A DNA stretch of 63,339 bases. It comes from Coniocarpon cinnabarinum (lineage: Eukaryota). Positions 50,700 through 62,476 of this stretch are shown piece by piece. The stretch is taken from positions 1 through 63,339 of the forward strand of contig JAVECO010000139.1 in assembly GCA_051942205.1 (NCBI GenBank), read 5' to 3'. The notes beneath the pieces were generated by a model that was not told the origin of the DNA, ran no database searches, and worked only from the letters and a program-made list of their open reading frames with translations. How positions within the stretch are numbered: the first letter of the stretch is position 1; every line of letters starts with the position of its first letter. The translations under genes and the position numbers were made by a program.

Positions 50700-51075
50700 T
50701 GTCACTGGTGCGGAAATATCGTGGTTCTTCTGTGCAAGAATAGGTATATGCGTTTTTAAGATGTTTTTTTAGTAGCTATACTTATAAAGCGAAGAGCTTT
50801 AAGAATCGAAGTAGCCACAAGTAAAGAATTGTAGCGTTTCTTTATAAAAACAAGGAAACGCGCTCTAGATGTTTTTTCACAGTTATCTTTGGGAAGCAAG
50901 TAGCTGTAGAATTTGCGAAGGCAGAGATAATGCGTATTCGAGATGTCTTCAAGAAGATATTGCAGTGTGGCGAATGGCTGTAGAGAGCAGCACACACCAA
51001 CACGGAATGTGGCTGGTTTTGTCCCAAAGAGATATAAGTAACTGAAAATATTGATCTCTATGTAGATTTATGAAT
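50700..51075 (-). repeat. Right array of the same ~110-bp repeat, inverted relative to the left array
   Basis: revcomp(50733-50751) GCATATACCTATTCTTGCA vs 48668-48686 GCATATCCCTGTTCTTGCA; revcomp(50705-50717) ATTTCCGCACCAG vs 48812-48824 ATTTCCGTACCAG. Confidence 0.75.
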
Positions 51076-51605
51076 CATCCACTGCAAATTGCGAGACTGG
51101 CGTCGACTTCTGTGTAGAGCAATGTAGTGTATGGTGGACAATAAGGGTAGATGCAAGTCACGAAACTGGCATACTCTCTAGACACAATAAGGATACTCTA
51201 AATTTATCTATATGATGCACATTTTTGCAAGACTAGCTCGAAATGAGGAACTGCTTAAATCCACCTCTGGTATCAGATAGACTCATGGCACAGTAGCCCA
51301 CACATCTTCACCATTCCACTTCCATACCATACCATCTCAGTCCATCCCACTATCCCACTGTCCCGCCAACTCATGAATTGTTGTTGCCATCGGACTCCAG
51401 TCCATCCCGTCTCTTACATCATAGCATCATGTCTCATGTCCGCCATGTTCCTCAGTACCCAGCCGAGAAGTATCTCTGGTGTTGCTTCGTAATCAAGAAC
51501 GCTCCGCGAGCCTTTTTCACTTCCTCTTATATCTGCCGAAACCCCCGCAGGCCACGTCCAGCTCGCACGCTGATCCCCTCAGCCTTGACCCGTGGTTTCG
51601 TGGCT

Positions 51606-53890
51606 TCATTCGTCGCTCGACCCGCGCTCATTGGCTTCCATGCGCATCCGTCTCCTCATTTCCAGTCGCTCGGCCAATCCCGCCCCAGTGCTGGGCGGTA
51701 AACGGTCCTTCCTCGCGCTGCCCCTTCGAGACTCGCGATCACCCGCTTTAGTGGTCGGCGAAATGGCGTCCTCGTCGTCGACACCAATCTCAGTCGTTCG
51801 TGCACTCATGCGTCGAGCACTGCTCGCACCATTCACAGTGGGCGTATTTACCTTCGAGCCGCCGGTGACGGATGCCGCTCTTGTCGTCCTTGACGACGCA
51901 ACAGAGGGTGAACTCCCATTTTTGTTTTCCAGAGCTTTGCGTAGACTCGGGCTGAGGCCTTCAGGCAATGGATGCCGCTGTGTGTAGTCCTTTGAGAGGC
52001 GCAGATCCCGAGGTGAGTGATTTCGCGGATCTACTTGCGCGTTGATGGTTCGACGAGCCATGTTGGCAACAGGTGCCGGTGGTTCTGTCTGTGCTCGGGT
52101 AGCACGCAAAGTGTTGTTCTTGAGCGCGTTGTCGTCATCGGAAACAGAGCTCGATGCTGCGGAGGCTGACGAGTCGTCGACGAGATCTGCTGGATCTTGC
52201 GGCATGTCGTTGTAAGTGGAGCGGGCTGCGGTGGTGGCAGCTCGATGGGGTTTCGAGGTCCATGTACTTGCGCTCGTCTCGACGACGGAGTTCGCACGGC
52301 CAGCGGCGGCTCGTGAATCGAGCGAGCGGGCATTCGCGCGGTTTTGAAGACGATTGATTCGATCCGCGAGAGCTCTGCGAGAATCAAGAGCAGTGGTGGG
52401 CGAGTCGGAGTATCCGTTCAGATGCGTCGTTGGTGGAGTACCAATTTCGGATTTGGCGTAAGGACGACCGGAGCTGCTTGGTCGTTGGGCGGAGAGATGG
52501 ACGCCCGTCAAAGCGGAGGGCGGCGGCTTCGTCGAATCATAGGGACTGCGAGGTGGGACACCGCCGGAGGAGGAGGAAGCACGTGCTTGTTCGCAAAGGA
52601 CAATGCAGAGCTCAGTCAGGGAGCGGCAGAGATTGTCTGCACGACGTTGGACGCGTTTCAGATTGCGCTCAGGATCCGTGTCGAGTGTAGTGGCAGCCAT
52701 GGATTGCAGATCGAGGGGCTCCACGCTCGTGCGGGCGATGTTGGCAAGCTGAAGAGCGTCGGAGGCGGAGGTTTCCAGTGCTTTGAAGACATCCGGCGAG
52801 ACAACGAGACGAGCTTTGCGCAATGCAGAGTGAAGCAACGGGTGTATCTCGGTGCCTTCATTTGCCGGTGGCTGCGGCTTGTTCACAAGCGTAGAGGAGA
52901 GGTGGTCGTTATTGCTACTGCGACGAGAAGCGGAGGTTGTAGTGTGTGTTGTACTAGTCCTGGGTCTTTCAAAGCCAGTTGTCGATTCCGTATTATTCAC
53001 GCCGTGGTATCTTGATCTTGCAGAATTGGACTCGAGCTTACGCATCCGTGATTTCAGCTCGTGTAGCTCGTCCCATAGCCCGGACTGCGCTGCCGTCGAC
53101 GCATGCGATTCTAGATCATCGGGCACTTGGTTTAACCAATGCTTGCTGCCGGGATCTAAGGGTGCTGATTTGGGACCGGGAGACACTGTGTCATATAATT
53201 CTCGCGTGTTCTTTGGCAGCTCGGATAGATGATGCTGTCGACGAGTGGGAGACGGTGTTTTGTATTGGGCTGTGCTGGAGAAGCGATTGCCACTCTGCTC
53301 AGTCTGCGCACGTCCATTGTTGACAGTAGCATTAGCTGAGTGAAGTTGTGGCGCTCGAGAGTTCACTGAGCTATAATCTGGCCTGTCTGCGGTCTGGAGT
53401 GAGGCTTGATCCTCTTGTGTGGGATGGCGTGAGTCTTGAGGGCGAGTGGGACGCTGCGAGAGGCTGGATAGATATTTCAAGGGATTGCTGCTGTCGTTGC
53501 CGGTACTCGATGCAGCTGTCGCCTTTTGGGGCTCAACTGCGGCTGACTATACAGAATTGCTTGGTCAGCGTGATGTGCGACAGGAGGCGGTCGGTGACTA
53601 CTGTATACCTTGCTTCTGCTTCGAGTCTTGACTTTGGGCTCGTCGTCGTTGGCCAAATTGAGAAAGACATCATCGGGCGTTGGGCCTCCATCAGGAAGGG
53701 ATTCGGTGACTCGCCGCTTGACCGATGTCGCCGGTGCGGTTGGTGCCTTGGCTGTGTCCTTGCTGTCGACAATGACAGAGTTCCGTTTCGAGCCTTCCTT
53801 TTGCTGCGGTACAACGGAAGCCTCGCGGCTCGGCGGCGCTTTGGAGGATGCTTTCTTGCTACCACGGCGGGTGAACAAGGACAAGGGCAT
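51606..53890 (-). CDS. Largely disordered protein with a helical core, possibly Mto2/Spa18-like MTOC protein (2 exons: 53890-53609, 53546-51606)
   Basis: Blocks DDVFLNLA, LWDELHELKSRMRKLE, IHPLLHSAL..ALETSASDAL, RRADNLCRSLTELC; phase-0 intron. The family assignment is from memory. Confidence 0.7.
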
Positions 53891-55271
53891 TGCGTGAGGT
53901 GGGGAATGTTGGGGCGCGTGTTTCGGGAGGGGCCGTCGATGTGGAAGATGACACGCATTGGATGCAAATGGTTGTAACTCAGCAGCTCACTCGTACGCAT
54001 CAAATAGTCAGGTCAATGCAGAGGTGACGCAAACGACGCGTCCACGGAGCTGATCCAGCGCGCAAGGTGACGGGTATCGTGCGCCTAAACATCAATCGCC
54101 ATCACCGCGCGATGGATGAGACACGCGCAATGGGTTCACGTAAACATAATCCTATTACTAACGCTTGGGCTGCTCCACAACACACCGCGTCAACCTCGTA
54201 CGACTGTGAGCACAAAGCCATCTTAGTCTAACATCTGACCCTGGGAACGCGAAAAGGTGGTGGCCCAACCACTTCGACTTCTTCCCCGCGGGGTCTGCGA
54301 GTAAGAAACTCAATCGCGACCTAGTCAGTGGACAAAGGCCGTGGCCCCCTTCCAACACTCAAGCGGCTCTGCATTCACTCATATTGCAATGTTTCGGAGG
54401 GCGATTAATATGTAAGAAGAAGAGCAAGCCACTACTCAAGTCTATCCAGCTAACCTTGAAACATCCGACCCAGTAGGTATCAAGCAAGGCGTGCTCGCGC
54501 TGGCGCCATGTTTGCAAGTCAGTAGTCAGGGCACGCTCTTTACGTCAACACTTGATAGTTCCACGTCGGTCTCCGATGTCAATTTAAGATCTCTAAAAGC
54601 CCATGGATGGAAGTCTGCTGACGTTCCAGCGACGAGTCTCCCCTCTCAGTCAGTGACTCTTCGACCGCCATCTGTGCGATCATTTACAGGCATAGCAGAA
54701 CCGTACGGACAGACCGGCTGGACAGCCAAGCCATCGCACTCGGCGAAAGTGGCATATACAAATCCTGATGGGGCGGAGAGTGTACTGTATTAATAGTAGG
54801 ACAGCGCACTACATAGCAGAGCTTGGAGCTGATCGGCAGAGTGGAGATTCCTGCACCGGCCATTCTTCACACTACGGCGTACTTTGTCTCGGAAATGCAT
54901 GACTTATCTGTGTGGAGAGCGTGAACTGCTGCGAGCGGTTTCTGATCATTTGATTATTGGCCACATCTGAGTGGTGAGGCGCGCAACAGCCCCGAGATGT
55001 CACCCCAGAATCGCTGCACTGCATAAGAGCTGCAACCAATCCGGCCCGTAATCTTGCCACGGCCAACGACTCGCTTACCCCCGCGCGCCCAACGTGCCAT
55101 CAACCCCTCGAGATTTTTGACCAAATCAGGCCCAGGCGTCGGCTTTTCCGTTTAACGTGCCTTAGGTAGACCCTCCGCCAGACTTGGCCTGCCCGTCTGC
55201 CATTTGCTTCAAAAGGTCCGACCAGGACATCATGCGACTGTGCCTGCCTCCCCCATGTCGCACCGCGCCAG

Positions 55272-56586
55272 ATGGAAACGCGCACTTCCACCCAGGCTAG
55301 ACTTGAAGGCACTTTTGTGTCTCTGATGATCCTATCGTCGCTGTTAGTGGCTGGTCGTCTGACTGCGCGTCATGTGTCAGACAGTGGCTGGTGGTGGGAT
55401 GACGGACTCGCACTCCTGGCATGGGCTTTTGTAATGAGCACTACTGCCGTCTTTACCTCTGGTAATTACCTCCTGCTCGTGTCCGACATTGTCTGTAGCA
55501 TTGACACAGATTCGCAGAGATCCCTTTAGGTCTTGGTGAAGATGTCACCGGCCTGCATAACCCCGTCTCGGTATTTTTGCATCGCAACTACGTTGGCGAA
55601 TGCCTTCTCCATCCTTCTCTCGCGACTATCAAACTCGTCGTTCTCTTCTTCTACGCGCGCATATTTTCCAACAAGCATCATCGAAGGTGGATCTTGATCA
55701 TCGGCCTTGTCAACATTTTGTGGTTGTTTGGTACAGGCATACCACTCTTGTTCAACTGCATTCCCTTAGAAAAGGTTTGTGTATCACGAAAGCTTTCACT
55801 AAATGGACACATGCACTAACTTCAAGCGAGACATGGTTCAGAGGGCAGATCAAATATGGCCACTGCCTCGACTTCTCAAAATACCTGCTTGGCCAGTCTA
55901 CTGCAAATACCCTGATTGATGCTATGATATTGGCTTTACCGGTAGCTTTCGTTGGGAAGCTGAAAATGGGTGTCACTCGACGAGTTGCGCTGAGTGCGGT
56001 ATTTTGCGTTGGCATCTTGTGAGCGATGTCAATCGATAGGCGCGGGTAGTGGATGCTGACCCCGTCTGCAGTGAGACAGCTGTTAGCATTGTAAGACTCG
56101 TGGTCTTCAAAAGGATTACGTTCAACAATATCACATGTGAGACGAAGTGTCATTGTCCTTGGTGATACCCCGTGCTGATATTAGGATGCAGTGAATTACG
56201 TGCATCCTGCGCTATGGAGCGTGGTGGAGATCAACGTTGGTCTCATGTGCTCTTGCATTATGGCGTACGGCCCTCTGCTGAAGGTTGCCCGAGAAAGATT
56301 GATGAGTTATCGCACAAAAGGATATGTAGGCGGGCGTTACGTCTTCGATCAGAATACGACCGGCCGTTCGGGACACTCAAGAACTGAAAGCTTCTACAAT
56401 TCGCACGATCGAGTCATGCTGAGAGATGTCGAGAGAAGAGCGGAATTCCCAAAGGTCGAGAACTTGGAAGACGCACATTTGGGACGAGCCCGGATTGAGG
56501 AACCAACCTTGGACGCGTCAGCAGTGACACTTGATAGCTTGACACCTATGAGCGCCGAGCATCATGCAACTGCTGGAAACGTATAA
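55272..56586 (+). CDS. PTH11-like (fungal rhodopsin-domain) 7-TM membrane protein without CFEM, multi-exon
   Basis: WWWDD, GLG, IKLVVLFFYARIF, CIPL, DAMILALP, SIVRL and WSVVEINVGLMCSC motifs spread over several exons. Confidence 0.88.
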
Positions 56587-58183
56587 CGATATGATGACGG
56601 CCGTGTGCATAATGGGACTGAGGATGTTTGATACCCCAAAAGAGTGAATGAGACAATAGACTCAAAAAGGACTTTGCATAGATTCAGTCCTGGCAACGTG
56701 GCGTTGGATGGAAACCTAGAGGATCAGCAAGCGTCAGCCTTCTAAGTCTTGTCTTTTGCACGCTTGTTGAAACAAGGGCGCGGCAAGTCGATTTGCTGAC
56801 AGGGCGATAGTGCTTGGGAGGGAAAGCGGCCCAGAAAAGGTGTACGCGTTCCGCGGCCGGCACTAGGCGACAAGATGTGCGGGTCGGCTTTATGTCGTTC
56901 ACGCAGCAAGGAAACAGGACATCATGATCCTGTCTGCCCGTGGCATCCGACAAGCCTGCGCACGTGTTGCGGCGAGTTGTTATATCCTGAACTTGGATTT
57001 GCTGTTTGCGTACTTTCAGCGGGACAGGCAACAGTAATCATATACGGGCTCTCGACAGGTTCTGTATTCTCAACTATGGCAAAACGTCTTTGACTAGCCT
57101 CACGCATCCCTGGTGATCTCAAAGCAGGCCCGGCGGGTGTTTCATGGTGAGAGGAACTGGTATTGAAACAGCCATGCGTCTGAAGGACTGTGTAAGCCAA
57201 TCTGCCGTCACGTGCCGTCCTTGAACAAACACTGGCGATCGGATCGGCGTGGCTTGAAAGGATACCGGAAACGGAAACTTCGTATAAGCTGATAATTTGG
57301 TCTCTTCAAGCGACGGAGGATTGCTAATTTAAAACCATTAATCTGAGCAATCCCTGTTGCCTATTCCACTTGCTCCAAAGACATCGCAGGACGATTCGTG
57401 CTGATGATTTTGTTTCTGGACCATCTCTCGTACGCCCGGTGTTAATTTTGGAGCTCTGCCAGGCAAACAGATGTGCAGCGTGCAGTAATGCGCAGCTGCC
57501 CTCGCCCCACACCACCTTTCATGCTTGCTCTGTTCTCTGCCGCGGTCATGTGCGCTCAGCGACCAGCATCGGTAGCCAGACGTGCGTGAATGCTTCACAC
57601 GCTTGCGCCTACTGGGCAACCCAGAAGCGAAACTCCTTGCAATGCCAATCAGTACAACCCTCCGAGACTGAGGAAGCGCCACGTCCGCAGCTCAGGTATC
57701 GATCCATTGTGCCGCCCGATCGGGTGTTGGTCAACACGGCTCGTCAGTCCTCCTTTTTGGCTCACGCTGTCCACTCCCGCCTGCCGCCGCCCTGCCGCCG
57801 CCTGCATTATGCTGCATTCATGTCTAGGCGACATTTCAAGAGCTCTGACCCACCGTGTTCTGGACTCGACGCGACTCGCTTCGGACGGCATTTCTGAGGA
57901 TTGTAGATTCATCCCTTCTTACACATTTGTTGACCATGACCGATTACGCTGAGCCAGCGCGACACCTGTCTGCGGACCTGGCCTAGCCCTCTTGAATAGA
58001 AAGCCAAAGGATAGCCCTCCCATATATCAATGTTCCGCAGACCTCTAAAGCGGCCCCGGCATTGGTTGCAGGTTGCCATGTGCCACCAACACTCTGAACT
58101 ACCTTGATTTGGTTGCCGGTCTTGGACACATACGCTGGATCGTCCCTGAATCTTTGCAATCCTTTACACAGAAACACATCACC

Positions 58184-58791
58184 ATGAATTGGCTCTTTCT
58201 TGCACTTGCCAGTGCGCTCGCTGTGGCAGGTGCACAGATCAGTCCTGCTGGCGCTGCCTTGACGTGGACCATCACGTATTCGTATATGAACCAAGTATGG
58301 AAAATATATATGCGCGATCGGTTAAGACTCGTCTACTAACGACAATCGATGATCAGGATGAATCCTTGAGCAGCGCATTGTCCTCTGCGTCCTCGTCCTG
58401 GCAGGAAGCAGTCACCACTGCCCCCCAATGGTCGGCCATCATTAGCGCCTTGCCCACCGACGAAGCGTCTGAACTGTCTGTCTACGTGACGGCCGACCCG
58501 ACAGGCTCTGCATACTTTGCGGCCGCCCGCGCTCTTCAGACTTGGCCAACGACTGCGGCTGCGATTCCAACCAATCTTCAGCAATGGTTTTCCAACGCCG
58601 ATAACGCGCGGTGGTGCGGCTCCGTTTCTGTCGTCAAGAATTTTGGCGGAGCCGTCGCAGCACAGACGGGCTTCTCGTGTCCCAACAGCGCAGCGCCAGG
58701 ACGGACCTCAGGGCCACGTGCAGGAGGATGGTTTACGATGTTGGCTGTTTGCGCTGCAAGCACGATTTTTGGAGCAGCGTTGCTGCTATGA
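58184..58791 (+). CDS. Small secreted, probably GPI-anchored protein A (2 exons: 58184-58294, 58357-58791)
   Basis: Signal peptide MNWLFLALASALAVAGAQ; hydrophobic end ..IFGAALLL*; phase-0 intron. Confidence 0.85.
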
Positions 58792-59396
58792 TTGATACGA
58801 CTGGCCTCTGAAGTTACGACACAATGATCACGAACCATTGCAACTATTCCTCACATGACCAGTTCACCTGAACGTACCTAGCTGAGAACTGGCAACGACC
58901 CGCGCCTTGTTGACGCCCCGCCGCTAGTCTTCCCATTGGTCGGCTATTCTAATTTTGGCCCGCAAGCGGCTCTGCCACCTGGGTCTTGGCGTTTTCGCAT
59001 TGTGGCATGAAGCAGCTCTGTCGCTAAGCCTGGCCTTCGTCTGCCAGCCCCAATACAACCAATAGCACCCAGCGTCAGGGTGAGATCCCGGCTGTAAGGC
59101 GGTCTCACCATCTCCACGCATGGCTTGGGCCCAATTTGCTCAGCAACGCCATCCGCAGCAATGCTGACAACCTCCCGTCGCGGGGGCGGTGTAAACAGCA
59201 TGCTGTTTCCCCTCAGCCGGCTTTACCACTATAAGATTACTCGACAGCGTCTCACTGTCGAGTGCAGCGGTCGAGCCTCGCTTCTTCACAATACCACGAG
59301 ATTCACGAGATTTTCGCAACGAGATCAATAGAAGAGCGTCTGCAGCCCGCAGTCTCCCACGTCTCTGCAAGTCTCACCACATCAAGAGCCTCAAAC

Positions 59397-60070
59397 ATGT
59401 ACCAGAGCCGAGTCCTTCTTTCGCTTGCGAGCACCTTAGCCATCGTGGTCGCTCAGTTTGATGTCTCGGCACCGGACCCCAGCCTGTTCACAAATCAGGA
59501 TCAGGTAAGTGACGCACGCCGGAAGCTTAGTGTTCATCCAACTCCAGAAACTAACCCTCTACTCGCCAGGCCATCTCCTTCCTGACCGACTTCGCCACCG
59601 TCGAGTCAAGCTACCTGGCCTCTCTGACCGCCGACCCCAACTTCGACGCCTACGTCTCCGCCTATCCCTCCGAAGAAGCCTCGGAGATCAGCGCCGCTCT
59701 CACCGCAGACACCGACAGCCCAGAATTCACAAGCGCCGCGCTGGCGAGAGCCACTTGGCCTTCGACCATCCCCAGCTTATCACCTGCCATCTCCTCGTGG
59801 TTTTCCCAAGCCACCGCCTCACAGGGTTGCATCTTGTCGTCACTGCTTCAGAAATACGCTGGCACCATTCCGCCTGAGGTCAGCGTCACCTGTAATCCTG
59901 CAATAGATCATGACGTGAACGCGAATGCGAACGCGCAAAATTCTGGCAGTGGAGCGAGCGCATCAGGCTCAGGCGCAGCAGGAGCTGTGACTCCTGGTCT
60001 GGCCAAGTGGGGTATGCCTTCTCTAGTGGCTGCTGGTGGTGCCATTGCTGGTGCTGCGCTTCTTTTGTGA
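59397..60070 (+). CDS. Small secreted, probably GPI-anchored protein B, paralog of A (2 exons: 59397-59504, 59570-60070)
   Basis: Signal peptide MYQSRVLLSLASTLAIVVAQ; end ..IAGAALLL*; phase-0 intron after Q as in A. Confidence 0.88.
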
Positions 60071-60474
60071 GCGCAAACGACGGATGTTCTGTGCACGGTT
60101 GGGGACAGCTTAGCATGAAATATCTACGACTGGTTTGAGGGGCGATACGTGACATGTTGTACGACGATCACGTGACTTTGTTCATAGCAAAAGCGATATT
60201 GCGTACTATAGTACCTTCCTAAAGGCAAGCCATCTAATCATTCGTATCTCTGTCTTTCCACAAAAGAAACCCCCCAACATTCTCGTATTGGTGGTTGCTC
60301 CTTCCTACTGGCATCTCAACATCGGACTTAATTTGTTTGTTTTCGCTTGCAATCACTCCTCACCACAAGCACAGTCGTTATCCACGGTCACTCTTAGTCG
60401 CTCTATTATTTCAACACAAGGCTCACATCAGGTACATTTCACAGACCAACCTCACGGACCCTAACCACTACACG

Positions 60475-62136
60475 ATGCACCTTCATCACCATGCAAAGGG
60501 CGCCGCTCTCGCTTTAGCGATCTAGGCGATCTACGCTCCTCGTTGCACTGATGCACATCCCTTCCAAGTGGCTCCTGTCGCAGCAGCGAGCTTCGATGGC
60601 GATAGCCAACGGTCGGCCTCTGGCGAGACTGACCGCAGCCTCGCATTCAACAATGCAAGTGAAGCTGTGGCGTATAATGGAGCTGACCAAGCTGCATACT
60701 CGGAAGATGTTCAGTCAATATTGGATTCCATAAGCTATACGACCTACACAACCACGTCATATAAAGAACAGAGTATCACGTTTCCTCCTTTCGGTGAACC
60801 GTACGAGCCCTTCACGGCTGTTTTCCCTGGCCGAAATGTGACTATGACTGTCGTGGAAGTAGTACCCACGAGTGAACAGAAAAGAGACGTTCAGCACGCA
60901 ACCAATGCAGTCCATGCAGGCACGAAAGCTGGCAAGACGGTCAGTGCCACATTAACTGAATATATAACGAGCAAACTCAAAAGCCCTGTGTCAACCTCGA
61001 ATGCGCATCCAGAGGATAGCTGGCTGAAAGAAATTGGGTTGGAAGAGCAGTGCCCTGACAGCTGGGAGAACGAATGCTTTGACAGCTGGGATTGCGAGTG
61101 CGACCTATATTCAGTTCCACAGGCAATGTCCACTGCCGCTGGTGGTGATAGGGCGGATGTGTTGCGAGAGCTTCTAGAGATGCAAGGTCTCATGGCGGGT
61201 TCGAAGGTATGCACAGGAAGAGCAGCAGGTAAAACACCACGCTGAGAGGAAATAGGGTGTCGCTGTACGCGAAGTGGAGACAACCCCGACGCCAACACGG
61301 GTGAGTACTGCTCGAGAACGTTGATGACAAGACACTGACTCTCAGTCCCTCAGCCATTGCTTGCGACCTCGCCCGACACCAAAGTGGCCTCACCTTCGCC
61401 AACGATCATGCACTCGATGGACCCGGGAGCTGTCAGAACTGCCAGCCCTTCAATTTCTGCCCTCTGGGACGCAGCAATGGCGGACTTTGATCCTAATATC
61501 TGGGAGAAATGTGGCCAATCAGGACCACCGGAGTGGGATCTTCGAAACGTTGACGGCGAGGCCTTTGTTAAATGTGTCCAACGCGCTATGTCTGAGCTTG
61601 TTGAGGATTTCAGGGAGCAGTACGAACAGTCACCCGGCACTCCAGTCATCAGGCGACAACTGGAAGACCCTGCCCTGATCTCTGCAGCGCCTACTCCTCC
61701 AACCCGAAGTGATCCTGCTGTGAGCATGCATAGAATTCTGAGGCTATGAAGCTGAACTAACTTTATCTCCGTATAGTTCATTCCCTATCTCAACTCATTG
61801 GCGTCGTTCCGCTCGTCTTGGAGATCGACCCTTTCCGAAGATCAGCATTTCATGACAAACCTTGCTTCGGCTCCAAGAGGTCTTCGATTAAAATTCAGCA
61901 CGCTCATGGCATCACCCATCGCAGGATCTGAATGGTGGGATGGCGTACGCCACATTGAGACCCCCGCACCTGTTGCCGTCCCGTGGGCACAAAGCGCTAT
62001 CAAGAGCTTCGAAAAGGAATTCTTGTGGACTGGACTGGAGAGTCTGAATATGACTGATGGGGTAATGCATCATGCGACGGGTGACGATAGTGGTCTGCAG
62101 GCAATGAGGGAACGTGTCTCGGGCTCTGAACGATAA
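60475..62136 (+). pseudogene. Four-exon secreted-protein gene (60475-61206, 61256-61300, 61354-61719, 61777-62136) with one in-frame TAG at 60523-60525 inside the signal peptide
   Basis: MHLHHHAKGAALALAI*AIYAP...; three canonical phase-0 introns link track ORFs 60568, 61357 and 61798. Confidence 0.6.
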
Positions 62137-62476
62137 TTCTGGAGCTGAGGTAGATCGCGAGCAGGGCGACCTGGTCCTCTAATAATTGCTCCTAGAACTC
62201 GTATACTACTCTCTTAAGCCTACCATCAGTGCAATGTCATTAGAAACCAACTTCCACTCGATTGTACGTCGCCAGTGCTGGCATTCGTCCGCCCACTCTT
62301 CACACAGCCGATTTCGGGCCGATGAACTCCGACGATGACGTTCCCTCGTCTCCTCACAGTATCAACATATAAACAAGCATAAGTCGTAACAACGTCTCAC
62401 AAGCCTTCTTGCAAGCTCATCACTCGCTCCAGACCCATCAGAGAAAACGAGTCAAGTGAAAGTAAAGACACAGAAT

